Of a stretch of 64,000 bases of DNA, positions 49,969 through 60,900 are shown one piece after another. Each line of letters starts with the position of its first letter. Position 1 is the first letter of the stretch. A model generated the notes under the pieces. It ran no database searches. It was not told the DNA's origin and was given only the letters and a program-made list of their open reading frames with translations. The stretch comes from an uncultured delta proteobacterium (GTDB lineage: Bacteria > Desulfobacterota > Desulfobacteria > Desulfobacterales > B30-G6): assembly GCA_963823335.1 (NCBI GenBank), contig CAWGLD010000001.1, positions 160,001 through 224,000 of the forward strand, read 5' to 3'. Position numbers and translations under genes: made by a program.

Positions 49969-51678
49969 TCAAGAAACAGATGCCGTAAGCACCTTGTTCT
50001 GCTGCCCGGTCTTTTTGTTTACCACATGCAGGAGCCCCAACATGACCATCACGATACCGATGATACAGGTACACATGGCGTTGGCGCTGGCAGTCCAGCC
50101 GTCGTTATCGAGCATGATAATTTCGATGGCGGCAAGATGTACCGAGGCGGACACCAGAAAGATGACGGCGCTGATGGTCGTCATGGAGCGCATGAAAAAA
50201 TAGACGAAGTTCTGAAAAAACGCCACCCGCGACAGGGGAAAGATGATCTGGAAAAAGGTCCGCACGGTATCACCGCCGAGACTTATGGAGGCTTCTTCCA
50301 CCGAGGGATCGATGTTACGCATATTCGAAATACTGGAAAGAATCCCCAGGGTAAAGTTGCAGATAACAATATTGATCACCACGATCCAGGGGGTCCCGTA
50401 GAAAAAATAATAGGGCTTGTTGAAGGCCAGAATATACCCCAGCCCCATGACAAGCCCCGGAATTGCGGCCGGCATGACCGACAGGAAATAGATAAACTGC
50501 TTGAAATAGGGTCGCCGGGTTTCCATGACGTAAGAGGCCACCAGGGTGATGAAAGAGCCGGAGATACCAACCACCAGGGATATCCACAGACTGGTCCAGA
50601 TGGCTGAATAGCCACCGATGGAGGGAAATTGATAATGAGACAGGGTCAGGGTCCAGTCGTAGGGCCACACTTTGACAAAGGACCCCATGATGACCGTGAC
50701 AAAAATGACGATGATCGAGAAGGCCACCAAGCTGCAGAAAGCGGTGAATCCGTATTTCTTCAGGGGCCGCGAGGGCGGAATCTCCGGCTTGGCCGCCCCG
50801 CTGATCATGGAAAATGTCTTGCGGGAGATGTAGTAGTTGAGCATGAAAGCCCCCAGGGAGGGAACCAGCAGGATAATACTGATGGTGGCCCCCAGGTCAA
50901 AGCGGTACAGGTTGGTGACCTGGGAATAGATCTCGGTGGCCAGGACCGAATAGTTGCCGCCGATGACGACCGGGTTGCCGAAATCGGTGATGGTCAGGTT
51001 GAAAGTCAGCGCTGCAGAACTCAGGATACCGTATTTGGCGGACGGCAGGGTGATGCGGGTGAACACCTTGAAGGGTGTTGCCCCGAGGCTCTCGGCGGCC
51101 TCGTCAAGCCGGATGTCAACGGCGGACAGGGTCGTGAACAGGATGACAAAGGCATGTGGAAGGCAATACAGCACTTCGGAAATAATGATTCCTGTCGAAC
51201 CATAAATGTTCCAGTCCGTCCCCAGCCAGTGGGCCGTGACAATACCGTTGCGACCGAACAGGTAGATCAATGCCAGGGCCTGCACAATGGAAGGCGCCAC
51301 CAGCGGCATCATGATGATATTTTTAAAAAAAGTTTTACCGGCCATGGTCGTACGGGTCATGGCGTAGGCAAAGAAGAACACGATGACGGTGACGATAATC
51401 GTGGTGGCTGCAGAAACATAAAGGCTGTGCCATAACGTTCTCAACGTATAGGCGTTGCTGAAATATTTTATATAGTTATCCAGCGTAAACGTGGCAAATC
51501 CCACCTCACCTCTCTCGAAAAAACTGAGGGTCAGGATCTTCCATAAAGGAAAGAGCATGAAAAAAAACAGCAGCAGGGCAATAAACAGCGTAACGGCAGG
51601 GACAATCACCTTGTCCACTTCCATCCGCCGTGACGAGATTTCATATTTCTTTTCGATGGCGCTTTGTACTGAATTCAT
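49969..51678 (-). CDS. ABC transporter permease (Fe3+/2-aminoethylphosphonate-type, two domains)
   Basis: Two EAA motifs (EAAESLGA, EASISLGG); DFGNPVVIGG. Confidence 0.88.
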   Translation of the reverse strand: MNSVQSAIEKKYEISSRRMEVDKVIVPAVTLFIALLLFFFMLFPLWKILTLSFFERGEVGFATFTLDNYIKYFSNAYTLRTLWHSLYVSAATTIIVTVIVFFFAYAMTRTTMAGKTFFKNIIMMPLVAPSIVQALALIYLFGRNGIVTAHWLGTDWNIYGSTGIIISEVLYCLPHAFVILFTTLSAVDIRLDEAAESLGATPFKVFTRITLPSAKYGILSSAALTFNLTITDFGNPVVIGGNYSVLATEIYSQVTNLYRFDLGATISIILLVPSLGAFMLNYYISRKTFSMISGAAKPEIPPSRPLKKYGFTAFCSLVAFSIIVIFVTVIMGSFVKVWPYDWTLTLSHYQFPSIGGYSAIWTSLWISLVVGISGSFITLVASYVMETRRPYFKQFIYFLSVMPAAIPGLVMGLGYILAFNKPYYFFYGTPWIVVINIVICNFTLGILSSISNMRNIDPSVEEASISLGGDTVRTFFQIIFPLSRVAFFQNFVYFFMRSMTTISAVIFLVSASVHLAAIEIIMLDNDGWTASANAMCTCIIGIVMVMLGLLHVVNKKTGQQNKVLTASVS

Positions 51679-51732
51679 TTTTTATCCCGGTAGTGTCTTT
51701 CCTGTTCCATCATTGCCATTGTTGCGCCTAGG

Positions 51733-52821
51733 TTAAATCAGTTTCCTGAAAAGCTCCGGATAGGCATTAAACGCATCCGGCGGGAAATACAGCCTGCAGG
51801 TGTCGCCGCTTTTAAGCGGCGCCTGGGCAAACACCTTCTCGGAAATCTCCATATGGATCTCCTCCCCCTCGATGGGAAACGTAATCCGCACGATGGGACC
51901 CAGAAAGGTGACCACATCCACGGTTGCCTCGATGATGTTGGCCGGGTCATAGACCCCTGCCGGCTGATCAGGATCGACGATCTGAATCTGCTCGGGTCGA
52001 ATGGCCAGATAAACCGTATCGCCCTCTACCTGTTTGGGACTGTTGACGGTCAGTGCGTGGGAACCGAACAATGTTTTTCCGTTCTTACGGGTGCAGGTCA
52101 TGAAATTGGAGGTGCCCACGAATTCGGCGATGAAACTGGTTCTGGGGTGCTTGTATACCTCCCGGGGATCACCGATCTGGCGAATCTGTCCGTCACGCAT
52201 GATGACGATGCGGTCCGCCATGGCCAGTGCTTCCTCCTGGTCGTGAGTGACATAGATGAGGGTGATGCCCAGATCCTGCTGCAGTTTCTTGATCACAATA
52301 CGCAGGCGTATCCTAATCTTGGCATCCAGGGCGCTCAGGGGTTCGTCCAGCAGCAGCACATTCGGCTTGATGGCGATGGCACGTCCCAGCCCCACACGCT
52401 GCTGCTGCCCGCCACTGAGCTGGGCCGGGTAGTGGTCCCCCCAGGGACTCAGCCCCACCAGCTTGAGAATTTCATCTACCCGTTCATCGATCAGTTTCTG
52501 GGGCATCTGACGCATTTTCAGGCCGAAAGCAGTGTTCTCCCGTACGGTCATGTTGGGAAACAGGGCGTAGGACTGGAAGACAATGCCAAAATCCCTCTTC
52601 TGGGGGATCACGTCGTTGATTTTGCGGCCATCGTAAAAGATATTACCCGAGGACAACCGTTCGAACCCCGTGATGAGCCGCAGCAGTGTTGTTTTGCCAC
52701 ACCCGCTGGGACCGAGGAAACAGATGAATTCTCCCGGTTCGATTTGCAAATTGACATCGTCCACCGCTATCAGTGAACCAAACGTCTTTCTCACGTTTTC
52801 TAAAACCAGCGTTTTCGACAT
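51733..52821 (-). CDS. ABC transporter ATP-binding protein
   Basis: GPSGCGKT, LSGGQQQR and LLLDEPLSALD; TOBE-like tail. Confidence 0.95.
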   Translation of the reverse strand: MSKTLVLENVRKTFGSLIAVDDVNLQIEPGEFICFLGPSGCGKTTLLRLITGFERLSSGNIFYDGRKINDVIPQKRDFGIVFQSYALFPNMTVRENTAFGLKMRQMPQKLIDERVDEILKLVGLSPWGDHYPAQLSGGQQQRVGLGRAIAIKPNVLLLDEPLSALDAKIRIRLRIVIKKLQQDLGITLIYVTHDQEEALAMADRIVIMRDGQIRQIGDPREVYKHPRTSFIAEFVGTSNFMTCTRKNGKTLFGSHALTVNSPKQVEGDTVYLAIRPEQIQIVDPDQPAGVYDPANIIEATVDVVTFLGPIVRITFPIEGEEIHMEISEKVFAQAPLKSGDTCRLYFPPDAFNAYPELFRKLI

Positions 52822-52973
52822 GGCGACTCCATACAGTGCTTAGCGAGGGTGTATCAAATCCGGCTGCAGGCAGGCAAAAACATTCGGCAAATTACCCGAT
52901 TTAGCTAAAAATAAACAGTGCCATGACCCCCTGTTCATGGGGCCATGGCATAGGTTGGTTTAACGAAAGAAGA

Positions 52974-53999
52974 TTATCTCAGAAACAGATTGGACCATAT
53001 TTCAAGAATCTCGGTACGGTTTTCTGCCTGCCACGGAAAATCCATGGGAGCCAGCTTGATGGTCGCAAGCTGGGGCAGATCTTCGGGACCGGGGATACCT
53101 GGATAGGTCACGCCCAGTTTGAACTTGGCGTAGCGTTCCATGGTGCCCTTGCTGATGGCCCAATCGAGAAATTGCTTGGCGGCAGCCTTGTTCTTGGCTC
53201 CTTTAAGAAGGGCATTGGCTTCCAGTTCGTAGGAATAACCTTCCTCAGGAATAATCATCTCAACGGGAAACCCTTTCTTTTTCAGAGAAGAATAAACAAA
53301 GGCAAAGGAACAACCCACCGCGTACTCACCGGCGGCGGTCAGTTTTCCCGGTTTGGAACCGCTCTTGATATACTGTCCCATGTTCTTGTCCAACTCTTTG
53401 AGGAAATCCCAGGCCTTGTTGTCTTTGATCGGTTTGGTTTTGTAATCCGGGTCCAGGACTTCAAGCAGACTGGCCACCTGTAAAAAACCGGTGCCGGAAC
53501 TGGCCGGGTTGGGCATGATCAGCAGGCCTTTGTATACCGGATTGGTCAGGTCTTTCCAGCTCATGGGCTTGGGGAGATTCTTGTCTTCCATGACTTTGGT
53601 GTTGATAATGAAGGCGGCGCCGTACATGTCGATGGCCACCCAGCTGCCGTCATTCGCCTTGAAACGGTCCGGAATTTTTTCCCACCCTACGGGTTTGTAT
53701 GGCTCCAGCATGCCTTCTTTGACAAAACCGGCCATGTTGGTCACGGCCCAGCCCCAGATGCAGTCCGCCTGGGGATTGTCCTTTTCCGCCAGCATCCTGG
53801 CACCGAGCTCACCGGTGGACAGGCGGATGGCCTGAACATCGATCCCCGGCAGATCCTTTTTTGCAAACTCGAGATAGTCCACCACTTCCTCATTTTCAAG
53901 AGACGTGTAGACAACCACTGTGTCTTTTGCTGCGGCAATACCTGACAACAAAAACATCACGGACAGGAAACAAATTGTGTAAAACCCCATTTTTTTCAT
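52974..53999 (-). CDS. ABC transporter substrate-binding protein (PhnS/AfuA-like)
   Basis: Signal peptide; STGEL.ARMLAEKDNPQAD and MPNPASSGTG. Confidence 0.88.
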   Translation of the reverse strand: MKKMGFYTICFLSVMFLLSGIAAAKDTVVVYTSLENEEVVDYLEFAKKDLPGIDVQAIRLSTGELGARMLAEKDNPQADCIWGWAVTNMAGFVKEGMLEPYKPVGWEKIPDRFKANDGSWVAIDMYGAAFIINTKVMEDKNLPKPMSWKDLTNPVYKGLLIMPNPASSGTGFLQVASLLEVLDPDYKTKPIKDNKAWDFLKELDKNMGQYIKSGSKPGKLTAAGEYAVGCSFAFVYSSLKKKGFPVEMIIPEEGYSYELEANALLKGAKNKAAAKQFLDWAISKGTMERYAKFKLGVTYPGIPGPEDLPQLATIKLAPMDFPWQAENRTEILEIWSNLFLR

Positions 54000-54201
54000 A
54001 GTCTTTCTCCTTTTGTTATTGGTCTCGTTTAAGAAAATGAATCGCGAAAGCGGAAATTAATCAGTATATACGACCATCCCAAGCAGTAACAGTGAGAACT
54101 TAACTTTTTATCAGAATGCAAGCAAAAGTCAACAAATACCTATGAGCCAACTACCACCCGTGAAACGAGTGGCTTGGGTTTCCCCCAAAATGGGGGAAAA
54201 A

Positions 54202-54275
54202 CAAAGGAGACGGCACGTCTCCGTAAGTTCAGGTTCGGAACCGCGTGCCAAGCACGCGGTTTGTAGAACAATCAA
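54202..54275. repeat. 74-bp double-hairpin element (family D), copy 1
   Basis: GGAGACG-GCA-CGTCTCC and AACCGCGTGC-CAA-GCACGCGGTT; one mismatch versus 60901-60974. Confidence 0.9.
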
Positions 54276-55264
54276 CCCCCGATACTCGACATAGGATCAT
54301 GAACCCGAAAAGGGCTGTCCGGGGCAAAATGGTGGGATTCGTGTTTATACTGCACCGCACGAAGGAATACGGCTTTCAACTCATCGTCACTGCAGCCGCT
54401 TCTCAAAGGGCCTCTGATATCCAGCTGTTTATCTGAAAGCAGACAGGGACGAAGCTGTCCATTGGCGGTCAGGCGTAATCGGTTACACGTATGACAGAAA
54501 TGCCGGCTCATGGCTTGAATAAACCCTATCTCACCCCTGGCCCCCTCTATCCGATATCGCTGTGCCGGACCATCCATGCGTTTTCTCGTGACCGGAGCCA
54601 GATCACCCAGCACACTCAGACGTGATTTTATTTCAGGTGTCAGAATGTAATCACTGCTCTTCATCTGGGCGTTTCCAATGGGCATGTATTCGATAAATCG
54701 GATGTGAAACGGATAGGTCATGGAAAGCCGGGCTAAATCGACAAATTCATCGTCGTTATATCCTTTCAGGGCCACGACATTCAGCTTGATGGGATCAAAC
54801 CCGTGTGCATAGGCCTTTTCGATACCTGCCCACACCTGGTCAAAAAGATCATACCCCGTGATATATTTAAATTTCTTGGGGTTTAAGGTGTCCAGACTGA
54901 TATTGATCCGTTTAATGCCGGCGGCCTCTATTTTTTCAATATTCTCACCCAGCATGACGCCGTTGGTGGTGAGAGAAATATCAGACAGCCCGTCAATGGC
55001 AGTCAGCTCCTTTATAAATTCGTAAACACCTGCTCGCATGAGCGGCTCACCACCGGTCAGCCGGACTTTTGAAATGCCTAAGGAAACACCCAGCCGAACA
55101 ATGCGCAGGATTTCTTCGTAGCGCAGAATGTCGGCGTGAGCCAGTTTGGGCACCAGCCCCCCCGGGGCACAGTACAAACAACGCAGGTTGCACCTGTCCG
55201 TAATGGAAATACGCAGGTAATTCAAATGGCGATTGTATTTGTCGACCAGTTCATTCATTTTCAT
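54272..55264 (-). CDS. moaA: GTP 3',8-cyclase
   Basis: YLRISITDRCNLRCLYC, FCHTCNRLRLT...PCL and MSSIGG. Confidence 0.97.
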   Translation of the reverse strand: MKMNELVDKYNRHLNYLRISITDRCNLRCLYCAPGGLVPKLAHADILRYEEILRIVRLGVSLGISKVRLTGGEPLMRAGVYEFIKELTAIDGLSDISLTTNGVMLGENIEKIEAAGIKRINISLDTLNPKKFKYITGYDLFDQVWAGIEKAYAHGFDPIKLNVVALKGYNDDEFVDLARLSMTYPFHIRFIEYMPIGNAQMKSSDYILTPEIKSRLSVLGDLAPVTRKRMDGPAQRYRIEGARGEIGFIQAMSRHFCHTCNRLRLTANGQLRPCLLSDKQLDIRGPLRSGCSDDELKAVFLRAVQYKHESHHFAPDSPFRVHDPMSSIGG

Positions 55265-56780
55265 AACGGGCTATCAAGGCATCCACCAGCCCGGGGATGG
55301 TGTATGTTTCGGCAACCAGGTGAACTTCGAATCCCAGCTCTCTGGCCGTATCCGCCGTGATGGGTCCGATACAGGCAACGGTCACAGGTGCCAGAAGTTG
55401 TTTAAAGATCCCTTCCGGTATGAGCTTCTTAAAATTTCTGACCGTGGAAGAACTGGTAAAGGTTATACAGTCGATGCTTCGATCTTCCAATCGGGCCAGG
55501 AGCGTTGCCGTGTTGTCTTCAGCGATCCGGGTGACATAGACCGGTATCTCATGAACCTCCGCACCCATTTTGGACAGTTCTTCCGGAAGGATGGCTCTGG
55601 CTTCCCGGGCCCGCGGGAGCAGAATTTTTTTGCCCGTGATCTGCTGGTGTTTGAACGCTTCCACCACCGACTCGGCACGGTAGGACTGCGGAAGAATATC
55701 GCAGGTGAGGCCGAAATCCTTGAGCCGCTTTTCAGTTGCAGGTCCGATGCAGGCCGTCTTGATGTGGTGAAGCGCGCGAACATCCTGCCCGAGTTCAAAA
55801 AGGCGCTTGAAAAAAAAGCCCACCCCGTTTACGCTCGTGAATACCAGCCAGTGATAATCCCCCAGACCTTGGATGGCCCGGTCCAGAGGTCCCCAGTCGT
55901 CCGGCGGGGCAATCTGGATGGTGGGGCACTCCAGGCAGTCCGCCCCCGCAGCATTGAGCAGCTGCAACAGATCACTGGCCTGCTCCCTTGCACGGGTCAC
56001 GACAAAACACTTTCCCATGAGAGGCTTGTTCTCGAACCATTGCATGGTTTCCCGCAGTTCCACCACATCACCGACCACGATAATGGCAGGTGCTTTGAGG
56101 CCGGCTGCCTCGACCTTTTTGACAATATTGCCCAGCGTACCGGTCACTGTTTCCTGTCGTGTGGTTGTGCCCCATCGAATGAGGGCAATCAAGGTCTCAG
56201 GCGGCATGCCGTGCCGGGTAAGCTGGTCCACGATGCGGGGCAGGTTCTTGACGCCCATAAAAAAAACGAGGGTCCCGATACCTGTGGCGAGTGCCTGCCA
56301 ATCGATACGAGAGGATGGTTTTTGCGGATCCTCGTGTCCTGTGATAAACGCCAGGGTAGAAGTGTACTTCCTGTGAGTCAGCGGGATGCCGGCATATGCC
56401 GGAGCAGCCACGGCCGAGGTCACACCCGGAACGATGTCAAAGGAAATGCCCGCTTCAACAAGCGCCTCCACCTCTTCACCCCCTCGTCCGAAAATAAACG
56501 GGTCACCCCCCTTGAGACGGGTCACGACCAGGCCTTGCCCGGCCTTTTCCACCAGCAGATGATTGATTTCATGCTGCTTCAGGGTGTGGTCACCCCCCTT
56601 TTTGCCCACATAAATAGATTCAGCGCCCTCCCGGGCATGGGCCAGCAGAGACGAGGAAGCCAGATAATCATACACCAGGACATCGGCCTTTTCGATACAG
56701 GCTTTGCCTTTGAGGGTAAGCAGTCCGGGATCCCCCGGGCCTGCACCCACCAGATAGACATGACCGGTTGTTTTTTTCAT
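55251..56780 (-). CDS. cobA: Uroporphyrinogen-III C-methyltransferase / synthase fusion (CobA-HemD)
   Basis: [12 protein letters not shown] and [30 protein letters not shown] and CIGPIT. Confidence 0.95.
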   Translation of the reverse strand: MKKTTGHVYLVGAGPGDPGLLTLKGKACIEKADVLVYDYLASSSLLAHAREGAESIYVGKKGGDHTLKQHEINHLLVEKAGQGLVVTRLKGGDPFIFGRGGEEVEALVEAGISFDIVPGVTSAVAAPAYAGIPLTHRKYTSTLAFITGHEDPQKPSSRIDWQALATGIGTLVFFMGVKNLPRIVDQLTRHGMPPETLIALIRWGTTTRQETVTGTLGNIVKKVEAAGLKAPAIIVVGDVVELRETMQWFENKPLMGKCFVVTRAREQASDLLQLLNAAGADCLECPTIQIAPPDDWGPLDRAIQGLGDYHWLVFTSVNGVGFFFKRLFELGQDVRALHHIKTACIGPATEKRLKDFGLTCDILPQSYRAESVVEAFKHQQITGKKILLPRAREARAILPEELSKMGAEVHEIPVYVTRIAEDNTATLLARLEDRSIDCITFTSSSTVRNFKKLIPEGIFKQLLAPVTVACIGPITADTARELGFEVHLVAETYTIPGLVDALIARYENE

Positions 56781-57706
56781 TCGCTTTTGCTTTGTAGTTT
56801 TTCAATGATGGTCATGGCGCCCTGATCCATCAGTTTCTCTGCCAGTTCAGTCCCGATGCTCACCGATGTCACCGCAGGGCCGGCCAACGCTGACCTGAAA
56901 ACCCGGGAACCATCCGGTTCTGCGACCAATCCGCTCAGCTCGAAGCGCCCGTCTTCAATCCTGCCCTGTGCTGCGATGGGAACCTGGCAGCTGCCCCCGA
57001 GCCGGTTCAGAAAAGCCCGTTCGCCCAGGACCACGGTTCGGGTCTCTGTATGATCCAGTTCCTCTACCAGAGCGCCTGTCTCTTTATCCCCCGTTCTTAT
57101 CTCGATGCACAACGCACCCTGCCCGGCAGCCGGCAGCATGACACCGCTGTCCAGATATTCCGTAATCCTGTGTTCCAGACCGAGTCGCCGGATGCCTGCC
57201 GCGGCAAGCACGATGGCGTCCAGATCACCTGTATCGAGTTTTCTCAGCCTGGTATCAAGGTTGCCCCTCAGGGGGTAAATACACACATCAGGTCTGGCAA
57301 ACAATATCTGCGATGCACGGCGTAGACTGCTGGTGCCGATCCGAGCGCCCTGCGGGAGATCCAACAGGCACCCTCTTTTTGATACCAGAACGTCTTGGGG
57401 GTTTTCTCTTCGGGGAATGGCACCGATACTTAAGCCACCGGGCAGTTCTGCCGGCATATCCTTCATGCTGTGCACCGCCAGATCGATCTTGCCCTCGAGC
57501 AGCGCATCCTCGATCTCTTTCACAAAAAGACCCTTGCCCCCCACTTTTGCCAGGGGCACATCCAGTATCTTGTCACCTTTTGTTTTGATGACCATGATTT
57601 GAACGGACAGGGTGGGATGGGTTTTCAGCAGTTCTGATCGAACCCAGTCGGCCTGCCAGAGCGCCAGCTTGCTTCCCCGTGTTCCAATATGGATGTTTCT
57701 GTCCAT
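56777..57706 (-). CDS. hemC: Hydroxymethylbilane synthase
   Basis: GTRGSKLALWQ, GKGLFVKEIE, VHSMKD and GGSCQVPI. Confidence 0.97.
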   Translation of the reverse strand: MDRNIHIGTRGSKLALWQADWVRSELLKTHPTLSVQIMVIKTKGDKILDVPLAKVGGKGLFVKEIEDALLEGKIDLAVHSMKDMPAELPGGLSIGAIPRRENPQDVLVSKRGCLLDLPQGARIGTSSLRRASQILFARPDVCIYPLRGNLDTRLRKLDTGDLDAIVLAAAGIRRLGLEHRITEYLDSGVMLPAAGQGALCIEIRTGDKETGALVEELDHTETRTVVLGERAFLNRLGGSCQVPIAAQGRIEDGRFELSGLVAEPDGSRVFRSALAGPAVTSVSIGTELAEKLMDQGAMTIIEKLQSKSE

Positions 57707-57936
57707 CAATGGCCACAGCTTGCGCAACTTGTGGCCGCACACCCGCCACAGGAAGATGCAGACGCAGACGCACGGGTTGTTTCTCCAGCGCCGCCCTTGC
57801 TGACAAAGCCGCAGGAAGACATGAGACGGGTCACCTTTTTACCGCTGCAGGCAGGGCACTCCGGTTTCTCTGATCCAAAAACCAGTTTTTCAAAACTTTC
57901 CTTACAGGTCTCACAACAGTATTCATATATCGGCAT
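57706..57936 (-). CDS. FmdB-family zinc ribbon protein
   Basis: MPIYEYCCETC...CPAC; Cys-rich tail; TGATG overlap with hemC. Confidence 0.85.
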   Translation of the reverse strand: MPIYEYCCETCKESFEKLVFGSEKPECPACSGKKVTRLMSSCGFVSKGGAGETTRASASASSCGGCAATSCASCGH

Positions 57937-58026
57937 GGGTGCTACTCCAAAAATTTATAAGGTATCGGGTCGTTGGTGTTTGGTGTTTGGTGTTTGGTGT
58001 TCAAAATAATCACCGGGTCATCAAAG

Positions 58027-59403
58027 TCAACTGCCGCTGCCGTCTGCCAACAGGCGCGCCCGTAGCACAGCCAGTTCCGCTTCGGCAGGATAACCCAGGT
58101 CCAGGGCTCTGCTGTATGCTGAAAGCGCTTTTTCGGGCTGGTCCTGACGCAAGTAAACCTTTCCCAGACGGAATTGAAACAAACCATTCTCGGGAGCCAT
58201 CTCGACGGCTTTCTCACAGAACAGGGTCGAGATCTCAGAGTTTTCCGCTTTCTGGTCGTAGAGAGCACCCAGTGCTGACAGGGCACACGCATCTGTGGGA
58301 TTCTTTTTTATGGTCGTTTCGTAATGTGTGACAGCTTCGTCGGTCATGTGCAGCCCCTCACAACACTCACCCAGGTGAAGAAAGGTAATCCAGGATTCCG
58401 GCTGCAGACGGGCCGCCTTTTCCAGATAGGTTTTTGCCGCATCCAGGTCACCTTGATCCAGATACAGTTTCCCGAGCTGAAAAAAGACTTCAAAAACATC
58501 CTCCCCGGTGGCCTCGGCCTCTTGATAACATTTCAACGCGTCTTCCGTCTGGTTCAACATGTTGTGCACATACCCGGCGTTGTAAAGAGCCATGACCTCG
58601 TGCGGATCGAGCATGGTGGCCTCTTTGAAAGCCTCAAGAGCCTCTTCCAGGGCGCCCTCCACACCGTAACAAACACCCAGACTATTGAGGACATTGACAT
58701 TCCCCGGGTCCATTTTCAGTGCTGTTTTCAGCTCCTGGATAGCTCCCGACACATCCCCCTTCTGATACAGCTCGTCCCCGCTGATATTCAGGCTGACGGC
58801 ATCGAACAGAACAGCACTGCTGGCGCCAAAAAAAGACGCATGCGTCAGCGCTTTTCTGGCATTGTCAAAAACATCCGCCTTCCCGAAGTCAGCCGTTGGG
58901 TAAGAAGCCACACCGACGGAAACCGAACCATTGGCAAGCCCATCAACCCTGTCCTGGATATCTTCGGCCAGTTGCAGGGTATCGGTATCGTTCTTTCCGG
59001 GGAAAAAACATCCCAGCGCGTCTGCTGCCATGGCCCCCCAGGTGCCGTTTTCCATCCTGCACACATCATCAACCAACCGACCGATCTCCAGAATGCGCAG
59101 GGAAGTGTCATGACCGTCTACATCTGCGCTGTTCACGACGCCATCCATGCGGATAATCATGCTGCCAACGCACGAGACGTCCTGAATCTGTTCCAGGGCA
59201 TAGCGCAGAAACGCCTGTCCGCAATAAATTTCCGGGAAAGCCTGTCGCATGGCCTCCATGGACCCGTTGCCTGAAAAAGGGGCATCCCCACTATCGGGTG
59301 CTGCGGCAGGGGGATTGAAAAGAAAATGACGGGTTGTCCCGCGTTCAGAAAAGAGAATCGGTTGGGTCTTGCCTGTTCTTGGTGCCATTATTGAATCCTT
59401 CAT
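58027..59403 (-). CDS. Degenerate GGDEF domain plus TPR protein
   Basis: SVSVGVASYP with no GGDEF signature; multiple TPRs (NSLGVCY, YNAG, FQLG). Confidence 0.75.
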   Translation of the reverse strand: MKDSIMAPRTGKTQPILFSERGTTRHFLFNPPAAAPDSGDAPFSGNGSMEAMRQAFPEIYCGQAFLRYALEQIQDVSCVGSMIIRMDGVVNSADVDGHDTSLRILEIGRLVDDVCRMENGTWGAMAADALGCFFPGKNDTDTLQLAEDIQDRVDGLANGSVSVGVASYPTADFGKADVFDNARKALTHASFFGASSAVLFDAVSLNISGDELYQKGDVSGAIQELKTALKMDPGNVNVLNSLGVCYGVEGALEEALEAFKEATMLDPHEVMALYNAGYVHNMLNQTEDALKCYQEAEATGEDVFEVFFQLGKLYLDQGDLDAAKTYLEKAARLQPESWITFLHLGECCEGLHMTDEAVTHYETTIKKNPTDACALSALGALYDQKAENSEISTLFCEKAVEMAPENGLFQFRLGKVYLRQDQPEKALSAYSRALDLGYPAEAELAVLRARLLADGSGS

Positions 59404-59405
59404 TA

Positions 59406-60827
59406 TCACACTTCTTCCATCAGTTGTTGAAAAGCTGCTTTTATGGCATCCGATTCCTTATCCTGGATGGTCCGAACATCCATCATGAAAAAATCGTCTT
59501 CAATTCTGCCGACAACAGCCGGCGTATACGCCCTCATCCATCTGTCGATGCGGTTTGCCGACAAGTTCTGAATCTTGACCCCCACACATCTGCTGGGCAG
59601 CTTCAGCAGTGGCAGAGAACCCCCACCGGCGCGGGAGGTGGCCTGGAAAGATTGCACCTGGAGTCTCTTATTATTCAGATCTTTCAACATTGCCATCAAT
59701 CTTTCGGCTTTCCCTTGAATGATCTGTTCCGGCATGGTGAGCATTCTCAATGTCGGAATCCGATGCAATGCAGCTGCTTCATCACGGTAGAGGCGCAGGG
59801 TGCTCTCGAGAGCGGCCAGGGTCAGTTTGTCGATCCGCAGGGCCCGGGTAATGGGGTTCTGCTTTATCTTGCGGAGCATTTCAGCGGCACCGGCAATCAC
59901 ACCCGCCTGGGGACCGCCAAGGAGCTTGTCTCCGCTGAAGGTCACCACATCCACACCGGTGGATACCGACTCCTGAACGGTGGGCTCCTTCAGGAGTCCA
60001 TGTTTGGACAGATCGATGAATGTCCCGCTGCCCAGATCTTCCATGACCGGCACATGATGCCGTTTTCCAAGGGCCACAAGATCCTTTAAAGAAACGCCGG
60101 CGGTGAAGCCCACCACACTGTAGTTGCTGGTATGGACCTTCAACAGGAGCCCGGTGTTGTCATCGATGGCGTTTTCATAATCCCGCAGATGGGTTCGATT
60201 CGTGGTTCCGACTTCTTTTAAAATGGCGCCGCTTTTTGCCATGACATCCGGAATTCTGAAAGAACCGCCGATCTCCACCAGTTCACCCCGTGAAACAATG
60301 ACCTTTTTACCCTTTGCAATGGTTTCCAGACACAAGAGAACCGCCCCGGCATTGTTGTTGACCACCATGGCAGCCTGGGCCCGGCTTATCTCACAGATGA
60401 GCTCCTCGACACTGCTGTAACGGGACCCCCGCTGCCCGGATGCCAGATCAAATTCCAGATTGGAGTATCCGCTGCCGATTTTCTGTAAATTTTCAAGGGC
60501 CTCATCTGCCAGCAACGAACGACCCAGGTTGGTATGAATGACGACACCGGTAGCGTTGATCACCTGTTTCAGATTCGGCATCATGACCGATGTGACCTGC
60601 TCCTTGATCCGCAGCATGATCTCTGATTCGGAAAGCATTTCTCCAGACAGTTCAGTTTGCGGGTCAAGAATCTTGGCCCGCAGCGATTCAATGGCAGATC
60701 GGGCTGCGTCGACCTGTGTGGACCTGGGAACATCCGCAAAAAATGGATCCGCCTTGAACCATTCAAGAATACGGTCAACACCGGGAAGAGATCGCAGCAG
60801 GGTCTGGTTGTCGGTTGTCTCTTTCAT
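59406..60827 (-). CDS. selA: L-seryl-tRNA(Sec) selenium transferase
   Basis: VINATGVVIHTNLGRS, SRGELVEIGGSFRIPDVM and FSGDKLLGGPQAG. Confidence 0.97.
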   Translation of the reverse strand: MKETTDNQTLLRSLPGVDRILEWFKADPFFADVPRSTQVDAARSAIESLRAKILDPQTELSGEMLSESEIMLRIKEQVTSVMMPNLKQVINATGVVIHTNLGRSLLADEALENLQKIGSGYSNLEFDLASGQRGSRYSSVEELICEISRAQAAMVVNNNAGAVLLCLETIAKGKKVIVSRGELVEIGGSFRIPDVMAKSGAILKEVGTTNRTHLRDYENAIDDNTGLLLKVHTSNYSVVGFTAGVSLKDLVALGKRHHVPVMEDLGSGTFIDLSKHGLLKEPTVQESVSTGVDVVTFSGDKLLGGPQAGVIAGAAEMLRKIKQNPITRALRIDKLTLAALESTLRLYRDEAAALHRIPTLRMLTMPEQIIQGKAERLMAMLKDLNNKRLQVQSFQATSRAGGGSLPLLKLPSRCVGVKIQNLSANRIDRWMRAYTPAVVGRIEDDFFMMDVRTIQDKESDAIKAAFQQLMEEV

Positions 60828-60838
60828 GGGCTCTCTTT

Positions 60839-60888
60839 TGAAGAACCTCACAGCGAGTCACGGGAAATGCGTTCGCTGTTGCGGTTCA
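60839..60888. repeat. REP-like element (family C)
   Basis: TGAAGAACCTCACAGCGA...TCGCTGTTGCGGTTCA hairpin. Confidence 0.55.
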
Positions 60889-60900
60889 GCGCCTAGTGGT

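Noticed and set aside
55233-56825. 530-aa antisense ORF
   Set aside because: Shadow of cobA/hemD. The same applies to long antisense ORFs over hmcA, hmcF, the ABC genes, selA and pyrF.
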